Shown here piece after piece: positions 1-12,950 of a stretch of 64,000 bases of DNA. The position numbers and the translations under genes are program-made. Below the pieces are notes generated by a model. The model made no database searches. It had not been told where the DNA came from and was given only the letters and a program-made list of their open reading frames with translations. The DNA lies in NCBI RefSeq assembly GCF_020745735.1, contig NW_026867447.1:496001-560000 (forward strand). Direction: 5' to 3'. This stretch comes from Hemiscyllium ocellatum (taxonomy: Eukaryota). Position 1 is the stretch's first letter; every line of letters starts with the position of its first letter.

Positions 1-1204
1 TGCCCTCAGGTATTGAAGTGAAGCTGTTGACCCTATTCATCTATAGTATTGACCCTGACACTAACAGTGACCATATAGTATGTCCTTCCCAAAAAGGAAT
101 GGATAAATCCAGTCGGACCAAATCTGCCTCAGTGACTAACCACCACATTAACTAACTTAGCAACAGAAAATTAAACCTATGATCCATCAAGCCAGATTTG
201 ATTCTGGTCCAGTATTACCATTAGTTGGGGATCAGAACAAGTTTCATTGTCTATATGGAAGAGTAGATGTCTACGTGTTCTCTGGATTCAATGGAACTCA
301 AATCAAATGGGTCTATCATAAGTGGGTAAATTGTAGTCTGGGTGTTGAATGTGAAAACCAATGCCTTAGAATAATGTACATTTGATAAATTGAACAGTAT
401 GGGCTTGGATGGAAAGGAAATTCTTAAGTGTGCACAAGAAAATTTTCTGATTCAGAGTGTGGATATACCGAGTAGAGAAGGTGTAAAACATGATGTCTTT
501 TTGGGAAATAAGGCAGACTGAGATGACTGTGGTGTCAGTGGGGGAGCACTTTGGGGCAAATGAGCATAATTCTATTAGTTTTAAAATAGTGATGGGAAAG
601 CACTGACCTGATCTAAAGATTAAAGTTCTAAATTGGAGGAAGGCCAATTTTGATGGTATTAGGCAAGAACTTTCAAAAGTTGTTTGGGTTGGGACAGATG
701 TTTGCAGGTAAAGGGATGGCTGGAAAATAGGATGCCTTCAAAAATGAAATAATGGAACTCCAGAGAAGGTATGTTCCTGTGAGGGTGTAGGGCAAGGTGG
801 TAGGTGGAGGAAATGCTGGATGACTCGGGAAATAGAGGTTCTAGTCAAGAAAAAGAAGGAAGCAGATATCAGACATAAACGGCAGAGATCGGGTGAGTCC
901 TTAGAAGAGCATAACGGCTTATAGAATTATATTTAAGAGGAAAGTCAGGAGGACATAAAGGGAACATGAGATAGCTTTGGCAAATAGGGTTAAGGAAAAT
1001 CCAAAGGGGCTTTACAAATACATTAAGGACAAAAGGGTAACCAGGGAGACAATAGGGCCCCTCAAAGATCAGCAAGACAGCCTATGTGTGGAACCACGAG
1101 AGAAGGGGGAGATAATAAATTAGTGTTTAGCATCAGTGTTTACTGTGAAAAGGAACATGGAAAATATAGAACATGGGAAATAACTAGTGATATCTTGAAA
1201 CATG

Positions 1205-1342
1205 GAGGAGAAAGTGAGGTCTGCAGATGTTGGAGATCAGAGCTGAAAATGTGTTGCTTGAAAAGCCAGCAGGTCAGGCAGCATCCAAGGAACAGGAGAT
1301 TCGGGCTCATTCCTGAAGAAGGGCTTATGCCCGAAACGTCGA
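1205..1342. mobile_element. Short Penelope-like-element (PLE) tail insertion inside the CR1, with 15-bp TSD
   Basis: ATATCTTGAAACATG at 1190-1204 and 1343-1357 flanks it. The body is the reverse complement of the PLE 3' end seen at 20880-20978. Confidence 0.85.
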
Positions 1343-1344
1343 AT
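1309..1344 (+). ncRNA. Minimal hammerhead ribozyme motif (PLE type)
   Basis: ATTC-CTGAAGA-A-GGGC-TTAT-GCCC-GAAA-CGTC-GAAT: CUGANGA and GAAA cores, 4-bp stem II, 4-bp stem I, palindromic ACGT helix III. Confidence 0.7.
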
Positions 1345-3117
1345 ATCTTGAAACATGTCCATATCACAGAGGAGGAAGTGCTAGATGACTTAAAATCCTT
1401 AAAAGTGGACAACTCTCCAGGACCTGGTCAAGTGTACCCTAGACATCTGTGAGAATCTAGCGAAGTGATTGCTGGGCCCCTTGTTGAGATAAATGTATCA
1501 TCAAAGCTACAGGTGAGGTGCCGGAAGACTGGCTAATGTGGTGTTAGTATTTAAGAAAGGTGGTAAGGAAAAGCTGGGAAACTATAGACCAATAAGCCTG
1601 ACATTGGAGGTGAGCGAGTTGCTGGAAGGAATCCTGAAGGACAGGATTTACATATGTTTGGAAAGGCAAGGACTGATTAGGGATAGTCAATATGGCTTTG
1701 TGTGTGGAAAATCATATCTTACCTATTTGATTGAGTTATTTAAGAAGTAACGAAGAGGATCACTCAGTACAGAGCAGTGGACATGTTCTATATGAACTTC
1801 AGTAAGGTGTTTGACAAGGTTCCTCATAGTAGCCTGGTTAGCACAGTGAGTTCACATGGAATACAGGAAGAAGCCATTTGGATACAGAACTGTCTTGAAG
1901 GTGGAAGACAGAGGTAGTGGAGGGTTGTTTTTCAGACTGGAGGCCTGTGATGAGCAGTGTGCCACAGGGATTGGTGTTGGGTCCACTACCTTTTGTCATT
2001 TATATAAATGATTTGGACGTGAATATAGGAGATGTGTTCAGTCAGTTTACAATAACTACAAATTTGTAGGTGCAGTGGATAGTGAACAAGGTCACCTCAG
2101 AGTAAAGTGGGACCTTGATCAAATGGGCCAATAGGCTGAGGAGTGGCAGACGGAGTTTAGATAAATGGAGGTAGTGTGTTTTGGAAAGGCAAATCAGAGC
2201 AGGACTTATACACTTAATGGTAAAGTGCTGGAGTGTGTCCCTAAACAAATAGACCTTGGAGTGCAGGTTCATAGTTCCTTGAAAGTGGAGTTGCAGGTTG
2301 ACAGGATAGTGAAGAAAACATTTGGTATGCTTTCCTTTATTGGTCAGTGCAATGATTAGGAGTTGGGAGGTCATGGTGTGGCTGTACAGGACATTGGTTA
2401 GACCATTTTGAAGAGTTTAGAGGGATATGAGACAAATGCTAGCAAATGGGACTAGATGCGTTCAGGACATCTGGTCAACATGGACAATTCTGGTCTCTCT
2501 GCTATAGGAAGAATATTGTGAAACTTGAAAGAGTTCAGAAAAGATTTAGAAGGGTATTGCCAGAGTTGGTGGTTGGAGTGAAAGGGAGAGGCTGAATAGG
2601 CTGGAGCTGTTTTCCCTGGACAATCAGAGGCTGAGGAGTGACCTTATCGAGGTTTATAAAATCCTGAGGGGCCTGGATAGGGTAAATAGACAAGGTACTT
2701 ACCCTGGAGTGGGGGAGTCCAGAACTGGAGTGTATAGATTTATGGTTTGAGGGGAAACATTTAAAAGGGACCTAAGGGACAACTTTTTCATGGAAAGGTT
2801 GATGTGTGTATGCAATGAGCTGCTAGAGGAGGTGGTGGAGGCTGGTACAATTGCAACATTTAAATGCCATCTGAATGTGTATATGATTAGGAAGGGTTGA
2901 GAGGGATTTGGTGCTAATGCTGGCAAATGGACTAGATTAATTTATGACATCTGGTCAGCATGGACAAGTTGTACCATGTTGTACCACCCTATGACTCGCT
3001 GTCACCTTCCACCAGTGTGTATCTAATATGAGCTTCTCCCTCCCTTGTGCTGGAAGCAATTACTGTCTCTCTTTAGACTGACAGGGAGATCATTAATAGA
3101 GAACACAACTAAGACAA

Positions 3118-3605
3118 TTAGCAAAAGAATGATTCATAGTTCCTTGCAAGTGGGGCTATTTTGCCTGGAGCTTGGAGACTGGGGTGGGGGCGGTGGGGTG
3201 ACCTTATCGAGGTTTATAAAATCATGAGAGGCGTGGATATGGTGAATAGCCAAGATCCTTTCCCCAGGGTAGGGGAGTTGAAAACTGGAAGGCATAGTCG
3301 AGAGGGAAAAGGTTTAAAAGGGACCTAAAGAGCAACTTTTTCACACAAGTTGTTGCGTGTATGGAATGAGTTGCCAGAGAAAGTCGGGGGGGAGTGGGGG
3401 GGGAGGGGGTGGCTGGGGGAACAGTGCTCATGTAAATACACGTAAAAGGCATCTGGATGGGTCTATGTTTAGGAAGAGTTTAGAGGGATATGAGACAAAT
3501 GCTAGCAAATGGGACTAGATGCGTTCAGGACATCTGGTCAACATGGACAAATTGGAATTAAGGGTTTGTTTCCATCCTGGACATCTCTGTGACTCTATGC
3601 ATCCC
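3118..3605 (+). mobile_element. CR1 LINE 3'-end fragment
   Basis: Parallel to 2600-2997 (GGTGACCTTATCGAGGTTTATAAAATCATGAG ... GACTCTATG tail). Confidence 0.85.
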
Positions 3606-4099
3606 TTTATCCTCAACTGTTTCTCCTCCTCCACTCTGGTTAACAGGGCCCTCATTGATACACTCAATGAATTTACAAAAGACGCGATAAGGGTTCAGCT
3701 GAAATATTTTTAAAAAGGTGGCAGCCACACTGCTAGTAGTTTACAAGTGATGACCAAATCTTCTGAGGAAAACGGAAGAGTTGTATGTCAGACATTTTTG
3801 AATATTTTGAAGTAGTAGAGTATTTGGGAATTTCATCTCTCAAATATCTCGCAATATGAACAGTGTGAAAGACACTGAGAGCAAAAAGATTATTGTATCA
3901 TATTTAACTGGCCTCTTTAGAACATAAGGGCTCAGTGAGAGGAAAAGCAATTCAGGAATTGATCTTCTGAAATGAAGCTGATCTTCTGAATGAACTAAGA
4001 GAGAGGGATTATTTTTGAGCTGCTGACATTAATACATTTACATTGAGCATAAATATGGAACAAGACAAATACAACAAGATTAAAATGTTGATGTCTGGG

Positions 4100-4400
4100 G
4101 GAACAAATCTCATGAGTCTGCCACGAGGGGTCATAGTTTTAAGGTGTTAGGAGGAAGGTATAGAGGAGACGTCAGAGTTAGGTTCCTTACGCAGGGCGTT
4201 GTGAGCGCACAGAATACATTGCCAGAGGTGGTGGTGAAAGCAGATTCATTACAGACATTGAAGTGAATGCTGGACTTGTACGTGGACAACAGTGAATTGA
4301 GGGGTGTGTAGGTTAGTTTTCTTATTTGAAATTAGGATTAATCTTCGGCACAACATCTTGGGACAAAGGGCCTGTTCTGTGCTGTACGTTTCTATGTTCT
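4100..4400 (+). mobile_element. CR1 LINE 3'-end fragment
   Basis: GGTCATAGTTTTAAGGTG ... AAAGGGCCTGTTCTGTGCTGTAC ... CTATGTTCT tail, as in the copies at 6585 and 17790. Confidence 0.8.
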
Positions 4401-4605
4401 TAATTTGAGAGATAATCTGATGAAGTTGGACTGGATGCAGGTATTTGAAGATAAAGTAATGACAAATCAGTGGGAGGATCTCAAAAGTGAGATTCTAAAG
4501 AAACAGCGTAAACATGATCCAACAACAGATAACATTATATTTCCACATCTCGTGCTCCATGGGTGTCCCCAAGCATACGGGGTGACATGAAACAGTAAAA
4601 GAAAG

Positions 4606-4762
4606 TCATGATTTGGAGATGCCGGTGTTGGACTGGGGTGTACAAAGTTAAAAAATCACACAACACCAGGTTGTTCACCTGATGAAGGAGCATCGCTCCG
4701 AAAGCTAGTGTGCTTCCAATTAAACCTGTTGGACTATAACCTGGTGTTGTGTGATTTTTAAC
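4606..4762. mobile_element. Second PLE-type mini-element with partial fold-back and 14-bp TSD
   Basis: ACAGTAAAAGAAAG at 4592-4605 and 4763-4776. Internal inverted repeat AAAATCACACAACACCAGG / CCTGGTGTTGTGTGATTTT. Same family as 38762-38965. Confidence 0.8.
4676..4710 (+). ncRNA. Minimal hammerhead ribozyme motif (second family)
   Basis: CAC-CTGATGA-A-GGAGC-ATC-GCTCC-GAAA-GCTA-GTG: intact cores, 5-bp stem II, palindromic AGCT helix III, 3-bp stem I. Confidence 0.7.
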
Positions 4763-5569
4763 ACAGTAAAAGAAAGATACTGATCCTGACAAAACAATTC
4801 AAAAACGATGGGAAGCTTAGCCTAGAATCTAAATGGGTGAACTGAAAACTAAAAAAAACTTAGAAATGCCAAGGAAGTACAGAGAAATTGTTAATGGGTA
4901 AAATCGACAGGAAAAGAAATGTTTTATCTGTTGATGAGGACCAAAAAGATAACTATGAAAATGATAGGGGTGTCAAAGTAGTGCAAGATGATTAATGTTG
5001 CCTATGCACATTCGCACACTAATTCACATACACAAACCATGATAATCCAATGCATTGCTTATTGTATTATTACTTTAATCACAGTGAATCACGTCACTAT
5101 GTTTGTGATTTATTCCATTTTCATGAATATAAATCTGATGTGGTGAAGACCAATGTGAAAGATTTGTCTTGGGCATCATCCAGGTACTTCTTAAATGCTG
5201 TAATTGTACCAGCCTCCACCACTTCCTCTGGCAGCTCATTCCATACACACACCACCCTCCGTGGTATTGAAGTAGAAATTTACCTTAGATCAAAGATCTG
5301 CATTGAGAGAAGATAGATCAGAACATAAACACTGTATTGGGGAACTGTGTCCCATTGTTACTATGACCATTAAGATAAGGTATTTGGAAATAACAGCCCA
5401 GACAGCTGCACATATTTCTTCAACCACAACCTGAAAGTGGGGAGGAGGGAGATAGAATCTGGGGATGGCTTCAAACAGGACAGTGATGTCATTAAAACCA
5501 AAAAAAGGCCAATACTAGGAATTTCCTAACATGACAGTCATAGTAGAAGAAAGAGCATGAAGATCTAAC

Positions 5570-6195
5570 TTGGAACATAATCCCTGAAAGTTGCCACCCA
5601 GGTTGATAGGGTTGTTAAGAAGGCATATTGTGTGTGAGCTTTTATTGGTAGAGGGATTAAGTTTCGGAGCCATGAGGTAATGCTGCAGCTGTACAAAACT
5701 CTGGTGTGGCTACATTGGGGTATTGCATACTGTTCTGGTCACCGCATTACAGGCAGGATGTGGAAGCTTTGGAAAGGATTCAGAAGATTTACCAGGATGT
5801 TGGCTGGTATGGAGGGAAAGGTCTTATGAGGAAAGGCTGTTTTCATTAGAGAGAAGGTTGAGAGGTAACTTAATTGAGCCATATAACATAATTAGAGGAT
5901 TAGATAGGGTGGATAGTGAGAGTTTTCTTTCCTGGAAGGTGATGGCTAGCACGAGGGGACATAGCTTTAAACTGAGGGGTAAGACAGATGTCAGAGATAG
6001 TTCCGGGATAGGGACCTGGAATGCACTGCCTGCAACAGTAGTAGACTCGCCAGCTTTAAGGGCATTTGTATGGTCATTGGATAAACATGGATGAAAATGG
6101 ATTAGCGTCAGATAAATAGGCTTCAGATTAGTTCCACAGGTCGGCGCAACATCAAGGGCCGAAGGGCCTGTACTGCCCTGCAATGTTCTATGACT
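5570..6195 (+). mobile_element. CR1 LINE 3' portion
   Basis: ORF fragments RSYEERLFSLERRLRGNLIE, STRGHSFKLRG, WNALPATVV; tail GGCCGAAGGGCCTGTACTG...TTCTATG. Confidence 0.9.
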
Positions 6196-6214
6196 TGCTG
6201 CTGAAGCTGGGTAA

Positions 6215-6312
6215 ACCGCAGGCACAATTGCTAGAGAAACTTAGCAGGTCTGGCAACATCTGTGGAGAGAAAACAGAGTTAATATTTCAAGTCCAGTGAC
6301 TCTTCATCAGAA
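6215..6312 (-). mobile_element. PLE-type terminal fragment with decayed hammerhead motif
   Basis: Minus strand 6310-6281 reads CTGATGA-A-GAGTC-ACTG-GACTT-GAAA-TATT. A similar relic is at 7871-7898. Confidence 0.55.
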
Positions 6313-6584
6313 GTAGTGAGATCAGATACTCTAAAATCGAGCTCAATGATCTATTCATTAGAAAGATGGAAGGGGAGGCAAGAGAAGAGGGGGAGTGGCT
6401 ATTTTGATTCGGGAAAACAGCACAACAGGACTCAGAGAGGATATTCCTGATGGATCGCCCAGTGAAACAATGTGTATGGATCTGAGAAAAAAAGAAAGGT
6501 TTGATCACTTTGATGGGATCATACCATAGATTCCCCAGGAGTCAGCGGGAAACTGAGGAGCAAATTGATGACTGACTGGTATGA

Positions 6585-6840
6585 GAAGTCATAGTTTGAA
6601 GATATTAAGAGGAAAGTATAAAGGAGACATCAGAGGTTGGTTCTTTACGCAGAGAGTTGTGAATACATGGAATGCATTGCCAGTTGAGGTGGTGGAGGCG
6701 AAGTCATTGAGGACATTTAAGTGACTGCTGGACATGCACATGGATAGCAGTGAGTTGAGGGGTGCGTAGGTTAAGTTACTATATTTTACATTCGGATTAA
6801 ATCTTGGCACAACATCGTGGTCTAAGGGCCTGTTCTGTGA
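6585..6840 (+). mobile_element. CR1 LINE 3' fragment
   Basis: Same 3' end family as 4100-4400 and 17790-18525. Confidence 0.8.
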
Positions 6841-6851
6841 CGCACTTTTTT

Positions 6852-7170
6852 TTTGATTAGATGAGATTGCTTACAGTGTGGAAACAGGCCCTTCGGCCCA
6901 ACAAGTCCACACTGACTAGCCGAAGCACAACCGACTCAGACCCATTCCCCTACCTTTACCCCTTCACCTAACACTACGGGCAATTTAGCATGGCCAATTC
7001 ACCTAGCCTGCACATTTTTGGACTGTGGGAGGAACCCGGAGCACCCGGAGAAAACACACACAGACACTGGGAGAATGTGCAAACTCCACAGAGACAGTCG
7101 CCTGAGGTGGGAATAGAACCCAAGTCTCTGTGAGGCAGCAGTGCTAACTACTGAGATATCGTACCACCCA
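6852..7170 (-). mobile_element. HE1-type tRNA-derived SINE
   Basis: Minus strand: tRNA-like head (AGTAGTTAGCACTGCTGCCTCACAG...GGGTTCTATTCCC), body GGAGTTTGCACATTCTCCC, and CR1-like tail GGGCCGAAGGGCCTGTTTCCACACTGTAAG followed by ATCT-type repeats. Confidence 0.85.
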
Positions 7171-8092
7171 CCATGTGTCTATGTTCTAAATATGCAGGGA
7201 GGTCGCTGATAGCTGTAAGAATAATAAAGTTATAATAGAAAGAGATCTTAACTTTCCAAACATAGACTGGTAATGGATGGGAGGAATTTATTAAATTTAT
7301 TCAAGAAAACCTTCTCAATCGATATGTAGATGGCCTCCGAGAGAAGGGGCAAAATTTAATGTCCTCTAGGGGAATAAGGCAGGGCAAGTCACTGAGATAT
7401 TAGTGGGCAAACACTTACCACATCAGTTTTAAAATAGCTATGGAAAAGGATAAGCCTGATCCAAAAGTTAAAGATTTTCAAATTGACAATGGGAATAATT
7501 CAATCTCTGGACATTCCAGCCTGTAAATATAATATGTTGAGTTTGTTTCCCAGTCTTTGATATTGTACATGAAGTGAGACCACTCAGCACTGAGATCTCT
7601 GTTATTCTTTGTATGCCTGATGGATTATGTTCATATATTTAATGTTTATCTCCACATTTGTGTTTGTAATTGTATCTTTAATATTGTAAAGTACAAATAG
7701 ATTTCTGTCGTATATCAATCATACATAACCTGAACTCTGTGGGAATATCTGTTTTAATTAAATAACTTGTGTGCATTCTGAACATGGAGCGAACCTACAT
7801 GATGTAAAACAGAAAGTGCTGCAAATACTCAGCAGATCAAACAGCATCTGTGGAGAGAGAAATACAATGAATGTTTCTGGTCAATGACCTTTCATCAGAG
7901 AAAATGAGTGAGTATTTCTAGCAGTCTCTGTTTTTATTTAATGTTCACAGCATCTGGACAATACAGCTTTTCCAATTATAAACCTTCACAAAGTATTATT
8001 CAGTTGGTTGATGTGGGTAACTATTGAGAGATTAACGCCATCCTTTTTGATCTTATAGTCGCTGTGATTTGGAGGCTAGGATTTGTCTACAG

Positions 8093-8228
8093 CTTAAAAA
8101 TGTGTTGCTGGAAAAGTGCAGCAGGTCAGGCAGCATCAAAGGAGCAGGAGAATCGATGTTTCGGGCATATGCCCTTCTTCAGGAATGTTTCAGCTCTGAT
8201 CTCCAGCATCTGCAGTCCTCACTTTCTC
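8093..8228. mobile_element. Fold-back PLE mini-element with 17-bp TSD (1 mismatch)
   Basis: CTAGGATTT(G/C)TCTACAG at 8076-8092 and 8229-8245. A mutated hammerhead motif is on the minus strand. Confidence 0.8.
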
Positions 8229-9099
8229 CTAGGATTTCTCTACAGAATGGCGTGCAGAGAATTGGAAATGACTTATTTCTCTGTTGCTCTGTTTGAATGT
8301 TAGAATATAAATATGTCACTGGACTGTGAGATCGGAGTGGGACTGAACACAGTCTCTGTTTGAGCCTGTGGTTTGATGATCTCTGTGTATCTCTGTATCT
8401 CTGTATCTCTGTGAGTGATAATGTACCGACTACGGGAGCGAAGGAACCACCTGCATTATTCCTTGGATTGCAGGAGAAAGGTGGGAAGGAAAGCAGAAGG
8501 GAAAGTCTGTGATGGGTGGAGGGCAGGAGAGACTTCAATGACGGAATGACCAAAATGGTGCAAGGACTGGGGTGGGCAGAAGAAATCAATAAATGAAGAA
8601 ACAAAAGCTGAGGATCTTCAAAAGCTGTTGTCCAAAAGCAATCAAAATGAAAGAAAATGGTGACAGAAATAACAATTGGAGGTACTCTGTCATGACTTTG
8701 TTATTGTTTACAGGGTACACAGTTACTGAATGAATTCTGTCTGGTTTCTCATCACCAACTCGTGTATGGCCAGTTACTGTCAGTTTTCAAGTATCTTGTT
8801 TCAGCAAAAGGAGCTGGAGTCAAGCAGCCAATTCATTGTTGGACAGAAATTCCATTCCAGCCCAGCTTCAGTGGGAAGACACAGGGAAACGTCCTCTCCC
8901 TGTTGATGTGATGGCCCCTTCCTCACAGGGCACTGTTATATCCTGGCAAATCTGCATTAAACAAAGGCAGACTGTGTCTGTTGATGAGCAACCTTTGTGC
9001 ATGCGATGAGTCTCCTATTTGTGAACTGAATATTACAGACACAGTTTGCAGTGAAGGGGCTGGAGGAGGATACAGGGATAGGGAATGGGGATAGGACAG

Positions 9100-12000
9100 A
9101 ACATAGAACATGGAACATTACAGTGCAGTACAGGCCCTTTGGCCCTCGATGTGGCGAAGTGTAAAATCAACCTGAAACTCATCTCACCTTCACAATTCCA
9201 TTTTCATCCATGTTTATCCAATGAACATTTAAATGCCCTTAAAGTTGGTGAGTCTCCTACTGTTGCAGGCAGTGTGTTCCATGCCCCCTACTACATTCTG
9301 AGTAAAGAAACTATCCCTGAACATCTGTCCCATATCTATCATTCCTCAATTTAAAGCTATGTCCCCTTATGTTAACCATCACCATTCAAGAAAAAAAGGA
9401 TGCCCTCTGATTATCTAACCCTCTGATTATCTTACAGACCTCAATTAAGTCACCTCTCAACTTTCTACTCTCTGTCAAAAACAGCCTCAAGTCCTTCAGC
9501 TTTTCCTCATAACACCTTCCCTTCATACCAGGTCACATTCTAGTAAATCTCATCTGAACCCTTTCCAAAGCTTCGATATCCTTCCTATAATGCAGTCACC
9601 GGAACTTTACGCAGTACTCCAAAACCAGAGTTTTGGACAGCTGCAACATGACCTCATGGCTCCGAAGATCAATCCCTCCACCAATAAAAGCTAATACACC
9701 ATATGCTTTCTTAACAACCATATCACCCTGGGTGGAAACTTTCAGGGATCTATGTTTGGGGACACCGAGATCTCTCTGTTTATCTACACTGCCAAGAATC
9801 TTACCATTAACCCAGTACTCTGTATTCCTGTTCCTCCTTCCAAAGTGAATCACCTCACACTTTTCCACATTAAACTCCATTTGCCACTTCTCAGCCCAGC
9901 TGTGCAGCTTATCTATGTCCCTCTGTAACCTGCAACATCCTTCGGCAATATCCACAACCCCACCTACCTTAGTGTCATCCGCAAATTTACTAACCCATCC
10001 TTCTATGCCCTCATCCAGTTCATTTATAAAAATGACAAACAGAAATGGCCCCAAAACAGACCTTGCAGTACCCCACTAGTAACTGAACTCTAGGGTGAAC
10101 ATTTCCCATCAACCACCACCCTTTGTCTTCTTTCAGCTGGCCAATGTCTGATCCAAACTGTTAAATCACTGTCAATCCCATGCCTTCGTATTTTATGCAA
10201 TAGTCTACCTTGGGGAACCTTATCAAACCCCTTACTGAAATCCAAATGCACCACATCAACCACTTTACCCTCATCCAGCTGTTTGGTCACCTTCTCAAAG
10301 AACTCTATAAGGTTTGTGTGGCATGACCTACCCTTCACAAAACCATGTTGACTATCCCTAATCAACTTATTCCTTTTGAGCTGATTATAAATCCTATCTC
10401 TTTTAATCATTTCCAGCACTTTACCCACAACTGAAGTAAGGCTCACTTGGAGAAAATTACTAGGGTTGTCTCTACTCCCCTTCTTGTACAAGGGGACAAT
10501 ACTTGCTATCCTCCAGTCTCCTGGCACTATCCCTATTGACAATGACAACATAAAGTTCAAAGCCAATGGCTGTGCACTCTCCTCCCTGGCTTCCCAGAGA
10601 ATCCAAGGATAAATACCATCTGCCTTAAGAGACTTATTTATTTTCCTACTTTCCAGAATTGCTAACAACTCCTCTTTGCGAACCTCAATCCCGTCTAGTC
10701 TAGTCACCTGCATCTCAGTATTCTCTGAGACAACGTAGTCATTTTCCAATGCGAGTACATTGAAAAGAATTCAGTTAGCGCTTTTCCTGTCTCCTCGGAC
10801 TCCACGCACAACCTCCCACTACTGTCCTTGTTTGACCCTAAACTCACTCTAGTCATTCTTTTATTCTTGATATACCTGTAGAAACCTTTAGGTTTTTCCT
10901 TGATCTGACCTGCCAATGACTTTTCACATCCCCTCCTGGCTCTTCTTAGCTCTTTCTTTAGGTCTTTCCTGGCTAACCTATAACTCTCAAACACTCTAAC
11001 TGAGCCTTCACATCTCATCCTAACATATACCTTCTTCTTCCTCTTGACAAGAGATTCAACTTCTTTTGTGGACCACAACTCCCTTACTCAAACACTTCCT
11101 CCCTGCCTGACAGGTACATACTTATCAAGGACACGCAGTAGCTGTTCCATGAATAAGCTCCACATTTCAATTGTGCCCATCCCCTGAAGTTTCCTTTCCC
11201 ATCCTATGCATCCTAAATCTTTCCTAATTGCACCCTACTTGCAACAGTTATACCACTGCTATAACTCTTGCCCCTGGGATATACCTAACCCTTTCCATTG
11301 CTAAAATAAACACAACCAAATGTGGGCACTATCACCAAATGCTCACTAACCTCTGAATCTAATACCTGGCTAGGTTCCTTACCCAGTACCAAATCCAATA
11401 TGGTCTCGTCCATTGTTGGCCTGTCTACATACTGTGTCAGGAAAACTTTCTGCACACATTTGACAAAAACTGATCCATCTAAAGTACACGAACGATAGTA
11501 TTTCCAGTCAATATTTGGAAAGTTAAAGACCCCCATAACAACTACCCTGTTACTCTCGCTCCTATCCAGAATAATCTCTGCTCACCTATCCTCTCCACCT
11601 CTGGAACTATTTGGAGGCCAGCAGAAAAGTCCCAACAAGGTGACATCTCCTTTCCTGTTTCTAACCTCAGCCCATACTACCTTAGTAGACGAGTCCTCAA
11701 ATGTACCTCCTGCCACCGTAGTACTGTCCTGACAAACAATGCCACACCTCCCACTCTTTTACCATCTTCTCTGTTCTTACTGAACCATCTAAATCCCGGA
11801 ACGTGCTCAAACCATTCCTGTCCCTGCTCTATCCATGTCTCCGAAATGGCCATAACATCGAAGTTCCTGGTACCAACCCATGCTGCAAGGTCACCCACCT
11901 TATTCAGGATGCTCCTGACACTTCAAACCACTTCTTGCATGCCAATGCACTCTTGCAACCTTGAAACCATATTTCTGACCTCACCACTCTCAACCACTTG

Positions 12001-12830
12001 GACAGTGGAACTACAGTTCAGGTTCCCATCCCCCTGCTGAATTAGTTTACACCCTCCCGAAGAGCATTAGGAAATTTCCACACACCGCCCTCCTCCCCTG
12101 CCTAGGATATTGGTACCCCTCTGGTTCAGGTGGAGACCATCCTGTTTTCTCTAAATGATGTTGTTAGTGTTTATGTGGACCACCTTTGGGGGCTGCTACC
12201 CCTCCCCCTCAAGGATCCCAAAGACATGATCCGAGACATCCCAAACCTTGGCACCTGCGAGGTATCACACCAACTGTGAGTCTCTCTCCATTGGAACCTC
12301 CAATCTGTCCTCCTAGCTATGGAGTCCCCAGTGACGAATGCTCTGCTCATCTCCCTGTTTCCCTTCTGAGCAACAGGAACAGACTCTGTGCCAGGGATCT
12401 GTATCCCATGGCTTACCCTTGGTAAGTCGTTTTCCCCCCCCTCCAATAGTATCCAAAATTTTATACTTGTTATTGAGGGGAATGGCCACAAGAGTTCCCT
12501 GCACTGTCTGCCTGGTCCCTCTTCATCCCCTAAGAGTAATCCATCTGCCTCCTTCTTGTACCTGAGGATCAGGTACATCCCTGTAACTCCTCTCAATAAC
12601 TCCCACCACCTCCTGAATGATCCGAAGTTCAGCCAGCTCCAGCCTCAGTTCCCTGACGCAGTTTTCGAGATGCTGGAGTTGGGTGCACTTCCCGCAGATG
12701 CAGTCAGCAGGGACACTAGCGGTGACACTTACTGCCCACATTCTGCAGGAGGAACATTCAACTGCCCGAACCTCCATTCTCACTTATTCTAAATTCCCAG
12801 AGAGACGATTGAAAAAGAAACAATAAAAGA
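9100..12830 (-). mobile_element. Near full-length degenerate CR1 LINE: ORF1 (zinc finger/leucine zipper plus SGNH esterase remnant) and ORF2 (APE-RT)
   Basis: ORF1: CSSC...CGKC-TQLQHLENCVRELRLEL, VTGDSIARR, and DGLHLN near 12110. ORF2: FDVMAISETW, GVFNFPNIDW, IRDSQHGFVKGRSC, LDFSKGFDKVP, KFADDTKVGG. ATAGAAC-type tail near 9100. Confidence 0.92.
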
Positions 12831-12950
12831 AACGAGTGATCTGGACATGGTTGCAATGATAAGGTGGTGTTCTGGGGTTATACAGATACATGGAAGTGTA
12901 CAGGTCCTGGTGAAGATTATATTGATAGGGAAGTGTGTTATTATTACTTA

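Larger units (their letters stand above)
373..2997 (+). mobile_element. CR1/HER1-like LINE, degenerate ORF2 (endonuclease C-terminus, RT, 3' tail)
   Basis: Broken frames encode CR1 ORF2 motifs (KVDNSPGPGQVYPR, FKKGGKEKLGNYRPISLT, IRDSQYGFVCGKS, VVCFGKANQSRTYTLNG, DLGVQVHSSLKV). Many stops and frameshifts; boundaries approximate. Confidence 0.9.

Noticed and set aside
6852-7170. tRNA genes in SINE heads (also 27200-27300, 35700-35759, 42790-42857)
   Set aside because: A/B-box-like heads are attached to SINE bodies; no complete cloverleaf is evident.
8385-8412. Short microsatellites (CTCTGTAT here; CAG at ~36190; 13-bp duplication at ~31110)
   Set aside because: Ordinary slippage products with no supporting context.
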